64,000 nucleotides of DNA from the NCBI RefSeq assembly GCF_000372725.1, contig NW_005201213.1, positions 186,001 to 250,000 on the forward strand, given 5' to 3'. Shown here in pieces: positions 1-11,976 of the stretch. The DNA comes from Emiliania huxleyi CCMP1516 (taxonomy: Eukaryota). Position 1 is the first letter of the stretch; every line of letters begins with the position of its first letter. Made by a program: the position numbers and the translations under genes. Under the pieces are notes generated by a model. That model saw only the letters and a list, made by a program, of their open reading frames with translations, did not search any database and had not been told where the DNA came from.

Positions 1-2396
1 GCACGCACCTCGCGTCCGAGCGCGAGTCGACGAGTGGTCGCCGAGAGATCGCCGAACCACGTTTCGAGTGCGCGCGCACACAGCACAGCTGCGGGTTGTA
101 ACTCGACTGCCGATCGCGCGCGCGGGATGTAAATGCAGCTCGCTGGCGCCAGGTGCACGGTGGCAGGGACTGGAGGCTCGGCCGAAGGGGAAGAGCAGTC
201 CTCAATCGTCACGTAGAGGTCACTGGGCTGGATCCATCGAACTGCCACACACCTGGAGCGGAGGCACATCAGGTCTTGCGGCACACTCTCCGACAGATGC
301 ATGCCTTTTGAGCAAGCCCACGCGCCTCCACCGTCGCGTAGTATGCCAGCGGCACGCCGGTACGCCTACGAGTCGTGCGCGCTCGGCAGTAATCGGCGTT
401 GAGACTGCCTAGCGCGCACATCGAGAGCGCCGAGTTGTGTTGCCGCGAGGAATCCTGCTCGAAGATGGGGTCCGAGCGGCGCTTGATCGCATGGGATGGA
501 TCAGTGGGGCTATCACGTGGGTTGGCGTGCTCAGTCAGGAGTTGGCGTGTGTGTGGGAGATTCACGCCCGTCGCTCAACATCTGTTGAAAAACTGTTCGC
601 TGAGCAAGCTCACGGTCGAGCGGGCTTGACGCGCGCTTCAGGATAGCAAGAGGCGTGCCCACTCCCCTGAGGAGCGTGCGGGCACGCCTGGGTATCGTTG
701 TGGAGCGACCATGGACTGGGATGACAGCCGGCGAAGCGCTGCGCCAAAACCATGGCTCCGAAAAGCGTCCGCCCTCGGCGGGCTGGACGCTTCACGGCGG
801 AGGCTGTGAAGTCGCGGCATCGAGTTCAACCTGAGCGCACGCACGCACCGTGCTGGGGAGGAGTTGGCCTGCGAGCGGCGAGCGCTCCCAAGCGCGCGGC
901 GCCCCGTTCTGGCCATCTTGCGCTTTACCACCACAAAATCGCCTCCATTTTGCGCGCCTCCGGCGCTTCGCTTGTCTTGTGAGCCTGTCTTGTGAGCCTG
1001 TCTCGCGTCCACCCATACCGCGTTGGTGTCCAGTCCGAGCCTGGCTGTTCTTCACCTTTCTACCTACCTACCTTGGCGTACACATAACTCAAGGCCACAT
1101 CCTCCTCCCTGTCGCCCCCCCCCAGCACTCCACCGTGCCAAAGGAACAAACAAGAGCACAACATCACAACACACAACAGGAAGTAACCGACGATGTGAGA
1201 AAAAGACTCGCTAAACAAAAGAAACATTCGTTCCGGACCCCCTTGCTCCCCAGCCTCCCCCCCTCGGGAGGGCCGAACAGAGGCGCCCGTGGGGACCCCG
1301 CAATGCCCTTCCCCCCTCGGAGGGGGCCGGACGAGGCGTACCCCGAGGGCCCCACCCTTTCCTTCGCATAGCGGCCACTCTACGGATCGCTGGTCGAGCG
1401 ACCCGGGGGATGCCCCGCGCGCCTGACCCAGGCGCGGAAACGAATCTGCGAGGCGTGGCCGCTCATGCGGCCCGATGGGGAGGAGGGGAAGACGTAGGGC
1501 GTGCTTGCGCGCCTTTCTGAGGCCACTCCAACCCACCCGCGCTAGGTCTCGGGGGACGAAGGGGTCACACCCGACGACCTCGGGAACTAGCCGGGGCAGT
1601 CGGAGAAGTGGCAACTCCGTGCACTGACGGTCGGCCGTCAGAAAACACGCCTCCGTGGCTCGGTTACACCAATCCTCGCTACCCAACGGACCAAAGGAGA
1701 TCCAAGAAAACCAAACCAACAAACATTCGTTCCGGACAAGGAGGTCGACAGCCGCCCCAACAAGCGATGTCGCTGTGGCCAAAGTCGCTTCGTAGACCGC
1801 CGCCGTCGACGCTCCCGGTACCCGCCCGCCCAGCGACCGCAAGCAGCACCCCTCTCCTCGCTCTCCCTCCACACTCAGAGGTCGCTTCACCCCCGTCACA
1901 GGTGTTCCTAGGCGGTGCGGCAGCAGGTGTCGCCACCTTTGTCTTTGTGCAGCCCCTCGTTCTGCCTGCTCTTCTCGGCGGCGCTGCGTGGTGGGCAGTC
2001 TCGCTCCGGAGACAGGAGCGGAAAGGCTTCTACCGGAACAACGCCGCGATCGCATAGTCGTGTGTCGAGCATATAGCATGTGCATGTGCACAGCGCTGCG
2101 GTCATGGTGTGTGAGCATGCGTGAGTGAGGTTCGGGTTGATGGAGTTCCCCGTGTGCGTGGCGTGCGACACACATGGCGACACACGCGGGGACGCGTGCG
2201 GCTGTGCAATTTGGCATGGTCTTTGACACTTGTGTGTACTGTCGATGTGTACTGCACCATCATCGATCATGCCACCAACCTCCAACCACCAACGCAGTCC
2301 GTGTCGCGTTTCAGATGTTCTTTAAGTGTTGTTACGTTTGGTACCCAAACACTGTCACGCTTGATGGGCGACATAACATGCGTGTTCGAGTTCGTG

Positions 2397-3335
2397 TCAC
2401 CGCAGCTCGGCGTTCCGCAGCTCCGCGAGCAGCTCGAGGTAGCCGTCGTCGTCGGGTGACACGAAGCCGCGCCGCAGCAGAAAGTCAGCGATGACGACGG
2501 CCACGTTCGGCTTGAACAGCCTCTCCCCCGCCTGCCGCTCGACCAGCCGCGCCACCTCATCCATGGGCGTGAGCGAAAATTCCTCGACCTCCCCGTCGAC
2601 AGCGCGCGGCACGAAGTCGTCACCGCAGCGCAGGTCGAAGGTGTATAGCACATCGCGCTTGAGGGCCCACCCCGTCTCGTCAAACCCGGTGTAGCAAACT
2701 CCGCCCGCCGGCTGGATCGCGCCTGCCAGCCGCGGCGGCACGCCAGCCTCCTCGGCCGCCTCCTTGCGGATCGCGCCGAGAGGCATCTCGCCTGCCGCCA
2801 TCCCGCCCGCGGCAAGGCAGTCGAGCAGCCCCGGCCAGGTAGGCTTGCTCTTTGCCCGCCGAGCGAGCCACATGCTGGCGGGCCTGCCGTCAGCGCCTTC
2901 GGTGTAGCAATTCACGAACACACCGTACGCCGGAGCGCCAAAGAGGCCGGCCGCGGCGCGCTCCACGACAAGGGAGGGAGGGGCGAAAAAGGAGGTGCGG
3001 ACAGCGAAGGCCTCATCGCGCCAGCCGTCGAGCATGGGCACAGATCCTTCGGCACGGAGGTCGCAGATAACCTCTGTCACGGCCTTGGACCGCTCCTCGA
3101 GCGTCGCGCCAGCATCACCGCGCAGCGTGACGGCCTCTTCGCTCACGTCAAAGATGGCGTAGCGGCCGAGAGCCGCAGCAGACTTGGGCAGGACCCGCCC
3201 CACCGTCGTTCCGTCCACGACGAATGCGCGGGCAGAGGCAGCGGCGGTGGCGGCGTTGTTGTTAGCGCGGACCACGTCGAGGAGCGCACGCGCGCAGGCG
3301 GATATCGGTGGAGCGGCGAGGGCGAGTGTCAGCAT
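2397..3335 (-). CDS. Nudix hydrolase, NUDT20/YJR142W-like
   Basis: Intronless 312-aa ORF with WRDEAFAV, ERAAAGLFG..YGVFVN, WLARRAKSKPTWPGLLD and the Nudix box GGMAAGE...KEAAEEAG. Confidence 0.88.
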   Translation of the reverse strand: MLTLALAAPPISACARALLDVVRANNNAATAAASARAFVVDGTTVGRVLPKSAAALGRYAIFDVSEEAVTLRGDAGATLEERSKAVTEVICDLRAEGSVPMLDGWRDEAFAVRTSFFAPPSLVVERAAAGLFGAPAYGVFVNCYTEGADGRPASMWLARRAKSKPTWPGLLDCLAAGGMAAGEMPLGAIRKEAAEEAGVPPRLAGAIQPAGGVCYTGFDETGWALKRDVLYTFDLRCGDDFVPRAVDGEVEEFSLTPMDEVARLVERQAGERLFKPNVAVVIADFLLRRGFVSPDDDGYLELLAELRNAELR

Positions 3336-4322
3336 TCACCTCGTGCGTGCGCCCGCCCGATGTAACTGGTGCTCTGCTCGGCAATGCTGCACGATCACGC
3401 GTCGGGCGAGGCACAAGCTCCGAGGGTACCCCTAAGGGCAATCGTTTAGGAGTCGCTTAGGCGGCTCCCGTGGTGTACCTGTGTTAGTGCCGTGCGCGCC
3501 AGTCCCGTGCCAGTGTCGTGCGAGGGAGCTTGTTGTAAATAAAATTCCCGTAGAGTACCTAGTTAGTGCCAGTGCGCGAGTGGTGCTCTTGGGAAGAGGT
3601 TCCTCCTTTCCGCTCCCCCCCCGCAAGGCGCGAGACACTGCGCGCCAGTCCCGAGAGAGAGAGAGAGTCTCTCTCCCAGTCCCGTGCCCAGTGCGTCCGT
3701 GCGAGGCAGCTCTGTTGTAAATTCTTTCTTTACGCTAGATCTACATCACGTGATGAAGTACAGTTGTACCAGTCTCGGATCGGCCCATAAAGTCGCTAGT
3801 CGGGCGGACGCGTCGAGCACACCAGCCACCAGGCAAATTGCGAGCAACGTCCTGTGAGCTCCTGACAGCTCACGACGAATGTACCTTCCCGTACCAGGTG
3901 TCCTGCCCCGCGCGCGCTCGACGCACGACGGCCGCGCGCGCCGAGTTCTCTGCTGGTTCTCTGGTACAAGAGGTAGGACGGGAGAACGAGATGATAGTAG
4001 GGAGTAGAAGTGAAAGCAAAGAGGAGCCCTGCGCACGCACGACTCCGCAGGAGAGAAGCCCCTCCCGCCCGTGCTTGCGCAGCGCAGCCTCCTCCGAGCA
4101 ACGACACCTGAGAGCAACAGCCAACACCCGGTCGTGGAAGCGGTACTGGTAAACACAAACGACAAACCGAAAACGACGAAAGGGATGTGAGGCGTCGCGC
4201 AGCGCGCGAGACACAGATCGACGGATGTCGGGCCAGCGCAACAGCCGTACACGCGCGAGGCGAGGAGTCGAGATCATTCCGCGCTAGTGCGCAGCGCCGG
4301 GGGCGCGCTACGGGCGCGCGGC

Positions 4323-6914
4323 TCATCGGCACACGCGGTCCTTGACTCGCTTCAAGCTGGCGACGAGCGGCATCGCCAGCCGGAAGAGGGGGCGCGGCAG
4401 CGCGCGGTGGGCATCGAGCAGCGGGCGGGCGGCGTCGAGCACGTTGTACTCTGGGACGAGCGTGCCCGCCATCCCCTCGAGGCAGAGGACGTTTGTGACG
4501 AGGGTCATGTAGTTTGCGTCGATCGCGACGCCGCGGTCGCGCACGAGCGCCAGCACGCCGCGCAGCACCTCCCCGAACCTGGGGGTACGGCGAAGCCGGG
4601 GGGTTGGGAACGCGATCTCGTGAGATGCGGCTGCGATACCGCCGACTACACGGCTGTCGCCGCGGCGGTGAGGGTGCAGTCCGGCGCCAGAGGGCGCTCC
4701 GGCCGGCTGGTGGCGGGTGGGCGGGCGGCGGGACGTGCGGTGGCGGAGGTGGCGGCGATGGAGGCGGCGGAGCGTGCTGCGGCAGAGAAGGCGGCGGCGG
4801 AGCGTGCGGCAGCAGAGCGTGTTGTAGAAAGTAGTAGCGCCGGTAGGAGCCCGTGTGTGGCATCTCGGGTCCCCGAGCTGGATGCCGGTGCCGTACCCGC
4901 GGCATGTGCGGCGGAACAAGTCCGACATGTCGGCCTCGAACTCCTCCCTCGCCGTGCAAGCCTGCGAGTCCGAGAAGCGGAGCACGCACCGGGCGGCGGC
5001 GGCGCCGTCGCCCGCGCCCATCGCGTTCAGGAAGCCGATGAACGCGTCCGCCTATGCTGCGGTCTAGATGCTGCGGTCTAGATGCTGCGGTCTAGATGCT
5101 GTGGTCTAGATGCTGTGGTCTAGATGCTGTGTGGGCGTGGCTCGGGGCGTGGCTCGGGGCGTGGCTCGCCTCGCGGCGGGTGAGCCGCGCCACCATGCCG
5201 ACGTCGAGGAGCGCGAGCGAGTTGCGGCCGTACCTCCGCGCCCGGCGGAGCAGGATGTTGCCCGGGTGCAGGTCGGCGTGCATCAGGTTGTCGAGCAGGA
5301 GCATCTTGAGGTAGAGGTCCTCGCCGCGCGACACCACAAAGTGCGCCTGGGTTCGGGTACCGTGGGGGTGGGGGATGGCTCGGTACCACCCGGACGGCGA
5401 CCCTGGGTTCGGGTATCGTGGGGGTGGGGGGTGGCTCCGTCGGACGGCGACCCTGGGTTCGGGTGCCGTGGGGGTAGGGGATGGGTCCGGGTACCTCCTC
5501 CCGCGAGAGGGGGTCGGCGCCGCCGCTGCCGGAGGAGACGCCGAGGGTGAGGTCGGTGGTGTAGGTGGAGACGAGCTCTCCAGCCTCGTACGACTCGACG
5601 AGGACGGCCTCACTCGCGGCGAGCACGCGCGGGAAGCGGACGTCGCGCCACGCGGCGAAGTTCCAGCCGAAGCGGCGCAGGTGCTCCGCCTCGATGTCGA
5701 GCCGTGTCTGCGCGACCATGGTGCCCGAGAACTGCGTCACGGACGCCCTCAGACCAGACACACCACAGAGGCGAGCAAGCAAGTCCGAGGCTGCGCGCAT
5801 GAGGGTGAAGTCGGTGACGATCCTACGCGCTGAGTACGCCAACCTCGGGGCGGGAGTACGGCATTGTGCAGTGTGTTTCAGAGCACCGCGTGAAGACAGC
5901 GGAGAGGAATACAGTGACACAGCGGGATACGGCCGAATACAGCGGAATACGTGTCCTCTCGGGCGCTGGTTGGGAGACATGAACACGTGTTCCGCTTCTA
6001 GGGCCACGATCCGCCGCACGACCGCCGGGTGGCGCACCTAGGGTTAGGGTTAGGGTTAGGGTCAGGGTTAGGGTCAGGGTCAGGGTTAGGGTTAGGGTTA
6101 GGGTTAGGGATAGGGTGGCGCACCTTGACGGCCACCGTCTGGTTCAACCAGACCGCGCGGTGGATCTGGGCGATGGAGCCCGAGGCGATCGGCCGTCGCT
6201 CAAAGTCCTCGAACAGCTGGTCGACGGGTGCGCCGAGCGCCTCGCGCACCTCCCGCTCGGTGTGCCTCCAGCCGTGGCGTGGCGCCTGCGAGTGCAGCGA
6301 CGCGAGGGCGGCGCACATGGCCGTCGGAAAGACGTCCGGCCGGCACGACGCCCTGGAGAAGAGAGGCGCGGAGGGTAAGAGAGCAGGCGCGACGAGCCGG
6401 CACGAGGGTGGTGGTGAGTCGGAGGAGTGTGTGTGTCCTCGGGAGTGTCTCGGAAGTGTCTCGGAAATGGCGCGGACCACTGTCCCCATTTGATGAAGGC
6501 GGTGCCGGCGCGCGCGAGCGAGGCGGTGAGCATGCGGTACCAGACGCGGTTGCGGAAGAAGGGCCACAGCCACGCCAGCCACGAGAGCAGCATCGGCGGA
6601 GAGAAGATCAGAGCGAGCACGACAGCGCGGCCGACCAGGCTCGCAAAGCCGGGAGGCGCCTCGGAAACGAGCGCCGCCTCCTCGCGCTGGCCGATGATCT
6701 CGCGCAGCGGCGGCGGCCGCCCGCGCGCCACCGAACGCACCGCAGCCTGCAGACCCAGCCCGCCAACCACCAGCACTGCCGGGTGCTGCTGCTCCACCTG
6801 CCGCCGGAACGCCGCGGCGCCGCGGTGCACAGGCCGGTTCGACGGCCGATTGGGCGGCGAGGGAGGCTGACCTGCGTCGGCCAGTGCGGCCACGAGCAGT
6901 ACGAACGAGGTCAT
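4323..6914 (-). CDS. ABC1/UbiB (ADCK2-like) atypical kinase, about 7 exons
   Basis: Motifs FIKWGQW, IASGSIAQIHRA, VAVKVRHP, HADLHPGNIL and LLDVG. Inferred introns: 6353-6477, 6038-6123, 5823-6011/6014, 5347-5494, 5052-5169, 4579-4878. Confidence 0.88.
6040..6112 (+). repeat. Interstitial telomere-like (TTAGGG/TCAGGG)n tract inside an intron
   Basis: About 12 hexamers read directly from the sequence. Confidence 0.95.
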
Positions 6915-7297
6915 CGGCCGCAGCACTCGCCTCGTCGCAGGTTCCGCAGCTCGAACAAGCCAAGAAAAAAAATCTGCGTTGTTTCCTTCTTTTCTTTCTT
7001 TTCTTTCTGGCGTGCCAACTGGGTCAACGACGTCAAGAACAAGCAAGCGGCAGACGTCCTCTTACCCTCGGCCGCAGTGGAGGGCGCCCGTACCGCCTAG
7101 CTCCGCGGACGGGTCCCTCCACCCTTCAAGAAAGATCTCTCTCTCCACCCTTCACGTACGGATCATGTAGTCCCCACAATCGTTGTCGGATCGCTTGTCA
7201 TGTGAGAAAGAAAACAGACAAACCGCTGGGTGCGCTTCTTAGCTCCCCGGCCCTGGATGTGAGGTTAATGACTGCACTCCAAGTGCTCCAACCCTAG

Positions 7298-7552
7298 GAG
7301 GAGGCGGCGAGGGAGGAGGCGGCAGGGGAGGAGACGGCGAGGGAGGAGGTGGCGAGGGAGGGGGAGGCGAGGGAGGGGGTGGTGAGGGAGGAGATGGCGA
7401 GGGAGGAGGTGGCGAGGGAGGGGGGGGGAGGGGGGGGGGAGGGAGGGGTAGCAAGGGACGCTGCAAGGGAGGCGGCGGCGGCGGAACGGGTGAGAGTGGA
7501 GGGGGAGGAGGAGGTGTCGAGGGAGGTGGTGAAGGGGGAGGCGGCGACGGCA
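7298..7552 (-). repeat. Low-complexity SPPP/poly-Pro-coding tract, probably a gene fragment
   Basis: Purine-rich GGAGGAGGCGGCGA-type repeats with no recognisable domain attached. Confidence 0.5.
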
Positions 7553-7714
7553 GGCAGAACACGCTTTGTTTTCTTCTTTAGGTGTGCCGGTGATAGTACT
7601 AGCACGCGCCAGTTCGCACCTGTGTCGAGCCTGTCTGCTGTGAGAGAGAGTTGTCCTGTTTAAATTCTTCTTTATGCCCGCAACGATCCAGAAGAAGCTC
7701 GGCCCGACGCAACG

Positions 7715-9705
7715 ATGCTGGCGGGGACTCTGCTCGCGCTGGCGATCTCCGTCCGCCGCGCCTCAACGCTGACGGAGGAGTTTCGGTGCGCCCGTCTCGT
7801 CGCCGACTGCTTCGGCGGCTGGCCTTTCGCGCGGCTCGCGTCACTGCGCGCGCCGGGCCTCGAGGCGAACGTCTTCTTCCGGCCGATCGGCCCGCCCGCC
7901 GTCGCCGCTGCACTTGACAGCGACGGCGGCCTCTGCGGCACCGCTCAGCTCATGAAGGTCGAGCTTTCCCGCGCCACAGGGGCGGAGAGCGCCGGCCGCG
8001 TGGTCGCCTTCACGCAGAGCGTGAGCGTGGCGGCGGCGGCAAGGCGGCGCGGTGTCGGCCGCGCGCTGGTCGCCTTCTGCGAGGAGGAGGCGCGGGAGGT
8101 GTGGGCGGCTGACGGCGTCGACGAGGCCTGGCTCGCGGTGGCGACGGAGAACGAAGCTGCGCGGGCGCTGTACGACAGCTTGGGGTACCAGAGCTGCGGC
8201 GAGGCGCGCGGCAACTTGCTGCTCCGCAAGCGCCTCGCCACGGGCGCAGCCAGCGCGGGCGAGGGCTCGCAAGGCATCGCCGAGTACTCGGACCCGTTTC
8301 TGCACTAGTCTCTGTAGGCGCAGCCAGCGGACGAGGCTCGCGCATCGTCGCGTGCGAGGCTGTCGATGCCGCCGCCGACGCTTCCGCCGCCGACCGCCGC
8401 GCGCCTCTGAGCGGTGGCGTCGGCTGGTCGCCGCTGCTGTCCAACTTGGGCGTGCAGGTGCTCTACTCGGCGGTGCCATAGGTGGTGCGTACTCCCGGAG
8501 AAGCCGGCGCAATCTCGCGTAATCTCGGGTACTCAGGCGCTGTACTCGGCGGTGCCTCTACTGGGTGTGAGCCTGCTGCTCGCTCCGTTCGGAGGCCCGT
8601 CCAGCGCCTCGCTCCTCGGGCTGTCGGCGCCGTGGGAGGCGTACGACGGCGCGCTCTCGCCCGCTCCCCGCCGGGGGCGCATGTCCGGGACACGTCACAC
8701 GTCCATGACATGCCTGCGACATGTCCCACAGGCTGCCTCTCGCCCCTCCCTGCCGCATGGTGGGGTGCGCCACTGGTGGAGGCCGGGGTCGGCGGCGGTG
8801 TTGCCCTGGCGGAGCTCGCGCGACAGGGAGTCCTCCCGTCTCTCCTCGCTCCCACGGCGGGCGACCCACAGGAGCCTCAGCAGCCGCAGCCGCAGTCTCC
8901 ACCGCAGCCGCAGCCGCAGTCTCCACCGCAGCCGCAGCCGCAGCCGCAGCAGCCGCAGCGGCAGCAGCGGCAGCTCGACTACACGCCTGCGCAGGCTGAG
9001 CAGATGCGGCCGCTCTACGAGGTCTCCGCCGCCGAGCCGTCGTTCCCGCGCGCCGCGACGGCGATCGTGGCGTGGCAGCTCGCCGTCGCCTTGGCAGAGG
9101 AGCTGTACTACCGCGGCTTCGTCGAGTCTGCGGGCGTGCTCGCCATCAGCTACCCGCTCCGCGCTGCCGGGGTGGACATCGCCGCGGCGGGCGCGCTGCC
9201 GCTCGTCGAGGGCTTGCCGTTGCTCGTGAGCGCCGCGCTGTTTGGGCTGGTGCACGCGGAGTTTGTCGAGGGTGCCGCCGCCGCAGCCCACGCCGATGAC
9301 GCGGCGGGGGCGAGGGCGGCGGGGGCGGCGGGGGCGGTGGAGGCGGTGGAGGCTGAGGCGGTGGAGGCGGTGGAGGCGGTGGAGGCGGTGGAGGCGGTGG
9401 AGGCTGAGGCGGCGGGGGCGGCCGACGCGGCGCCTGCTCCGCCGATCTCCGCCAGCGGCGTGCGAGACACAAAGGCGTTCTGGTTCCGCGCCACCGCCGC
9501 GTACGGCGCGCTGTACTCTTCGCTGTACGTGCTGAGTGGCCACCGGCTGCTCGCGCCGGTTTGCGCGCACGCCGGCCTCAACATTGGCCTCTGTCTGCGC
9601 GATTGGGGCCGCATGCGCCGCACGCCGCCCGCGCTCCTGCGGCGCGTCTTTTCGGCCCGTGAAGGAACCTCCTCGGGGCAGGGGGTGGAGGCGGCGGAGA
9701 GATGA
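7715..9705 (+). CDS. GNAT acetyltransferase fused to a CPBP (CAAX protease/Abi) intramembrane metalloprotease, 4 exons
   Basis: GNAT motifs VSVAAAARRRGVGRAL and NEAARALYDSLGY. CPBP motifs AEELYYRG, SAALFGLVH and APVCAHAGLN. Removing introns 8244-8317, 8458-8536 and 8649-8731 gives one continuous frame. Confidence 0.75.
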
Positions 9706-9814
9706 GCGGGTTGAGACGTCCAAATTGCGCTCTTATTAATAGGGGGAAAAATCAGATCGAGATCCCCGATGCCCGAACCGCCTCGAAAAAGCGAGTCAAA
9801 CACCGCGCAAATCT

Positions 9815-9965
9815 GGGTGACGTCCTTAAAATACCTTGCGGACGGGGTGACGTCCTTAAAATACCTTGCGGACGGGGTGACGTCCTTAAAATACCTTACA
9901 TGCGGACTGGGTGACGTCCTTAAAATACCTTCCATGCGGACTGGGTGACGTCCTTAAAATACCTT
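9815..9965. repeat. Tandem array of 5 x GGGTGACGTCCTTAAAATACCTT with 7-11 nt linkers
   Basis: Five identical 23-mers read directly. Confidence 0.95.
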
Positions 9966-10060
9966 GGAGCAGATAGATGGACCACCCACCCACCCTGTCA
10001 ACATCATGTGGGGAGGAACGTTGATACGTTGATGGCGCCAGCGCCTGCTGTTGACAAGTG

Positions 10061-10667
10061 GGGAGCAGACGGCTTCATCGCGAAGGCCGAAGCTGCCCCC
10101 AGCAGGCGTCTTGACGGGTATCAAAATTCTTCCCTACAAAAGAGGCCAACGGACCCGAGAATATAACTTCGCGCAGCTGCGAGAGCCGAGACGAGCTTTC
10201 TCGGAGCGACAGCCTCAAAGAAAAAAGGGTGGATGGGTGGGGGGACGATCGCTGGTGAGCACCAGCGCGCCCCAAGAACGGTGGGGTGCCCTCGACCGCG
10301 CGTCCAAGTCACTTGGGCGGACGAGCGAGCGGCACATGGCCTGTGCTGACAAAGAGAAATCGGAGTCTGGCGACGAGATCGATAAAAGTGCGTCGTTTCT
10401 TCTGAGGACTGAGGTGCCTCAAGAGGTGTACTACACCTCTGGGGTGCCTTTCAGAGGTGTACTTCAGAAGCAGAGCTGACGTCAGCGCGTCGCCAGCACC
10501 TCCTTCTCTCCTCGTCGAACCCACCACCATCCCCTTTCTCCTCCTATCTGTCTTGTGTGTGCCTTGCTGGGGGAGCAGACGGCTTCATCGCGAAGCTGCC
10601 CCCAGCAGGCGTCTTGACGGGTATCAAAATTCTTCCCTACGACAAAAGTGGCCAACGGACCCGAGAA
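10061..10667. repeat. ~100-bp direct repeat pair (10061-10161, 10571-10667)
   Basis: GGGAGCAGACGGCTTCATCGCGAAG...CCAACGGACCCGAGAA occurs twice with small indels. Confidence 0.9.
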
Positions 10668-11176
10668 GCAAAGATAGAGCGAACAATGCAACAAAGGAGA
10701 AAGGACACACACAGGCAACACATTCGGGACGATAACAGACGATGTCGATGAGTGAGACGCTGTAAGAGAGATCATGCAGTACTCCACAAGTTCGGTGTGT
10801 AGAGTCCGAGTGTAGAGTGACCGAACTTCGCTCGACGTTCACAGCGAGCTCCTGCGCCCACGTCGCTCGTCGGAGGGCCGCGTTGCTGCGCGCAGCACGC
10901 CGCGCCGCCATCCTCGATCATGCCGCTGCAACATGTTGCTCGTGATAACCCAGTGAGTGTCTCCGCACTTGTTAGACACAACATGACCGTCGGTGGCGGA
11001 GGAAGTCCGTCCATGTTGCCGTTTTCATGGGACTGGCACGGTCGGTGTCGGCAGCCTTCGACCTTGGTGGGGTGTCACTGCACTAGGTAACGGGTTTCGA
11101 AAACTACAAGCGCCCGTCCTACCCGATACGAAAAGAGGTTGTGGATGGCGGGGCTTGCATTTTGCCGATTATCGTA

Positions 11177-11372
11177 CGTACGTACTTTTTGCTTACTGGG
11201 AGAAAAGGGACAGGGGGTTGTGTCCTCTAGGCCCCTAAGGGCCCTACGCGCGGCGTGAGAGCTTGGAAGCGAGCTTTGCACGGCGATCGAGGATGGCGCG
11301 GTTCACCCCCTTCACCGAAGCGATGGAGATGCGTTCCGCGTGTTGTGACACAAATGAGAGGCGGGAGTGGGA
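11177..11372 (-). mobile_element. 3' end of a CRE-like non-LTR retroelement (divergent copy) with 3' UTR
   Basis: SRLSFVSQHAERISIASVKGVNRAI matches SLSFMSHYAERISLSVVRGVNRAI at 26.4 kb. The UTR segment recurs at ~35133-35180. Confidence 0.55.
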
Positions 11373-11976
11373 GGGCCCAACTTCAGAATCGTGCTTTTTG
11401 GGTTGGGTGTAGACAGAGTGCGCCGTCGTGAGCGGGTGTAGGACCGGCTCCGTCGGCAGCCGTACGAGCGGCGGAGGGGCAGTGGGGGGAGGGGCGGGGG
11501 GCGGCGCCGCCCTCGCCGAGGTCATGCTCGGTTGGATCGGCAGCAAGCCGATGGGAATGGCATACGCGAAGGCTCGCAAAACGGGCGGCGGGTGGGCGGG
11601 CAGCAGCGAAGTGGGGGGCGAGAGCGGCGACGTGGGCGAGAGCGGCGACGACGGGTCCGGCACGCTGAGGATCAGCGGCCTCACGTGCAGCGGCGTCTGC
11701 GCGGTTTGCATCGGCGGCGGCGGCGCAGCAGCCGAGCGTGGAACGGTCGGGCCCGACGGACGGACGGCGGTGAGGAGAGAGGTGGCGCGCGAGAAGCCGG
11801 AGGTCTTCGCCGAGCACACGTGGCCCAGCTTGGGCTGCCCACATGCGGCGCAGCGGTTCTTGGCGAGGCCGAGGCGTCGCGCTTGCTGCCCGAGCTCGAT
11901 TCTGAGGTAGCGGTTGCGAACGGAAGCCGGGCTGCGGTTGGTGAGGCCGTCGGCGATGCGGCCCCATTTACGACCC
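11373..11976 (-). pseudogene. Myb/SANT 3' exon fragment plus a CxxC...HxC knuckle
   Basis: GRKWGRIADGLTNRSPASVRNRYLRI...KNRCAACGQPKLGHVC follows a pyrimidine tract and CAG. No first Myb helix was found. Confidence 0.6.

Noticed and set aside
1060..2229. 389-aa minus-strand ORF as a gene
   Set aside because: No recognisable motif; long stop-free frames are expected at this GC content.
6040..6112. Chromosome end or assembly join
   Set aside because: Kinase coding sequence continues in register on both sides.
9815..9965. CRISPR array
   Set aside because: Linkers are only 7-11 nt and similar to each other; no cas genes; eukaryotic context.
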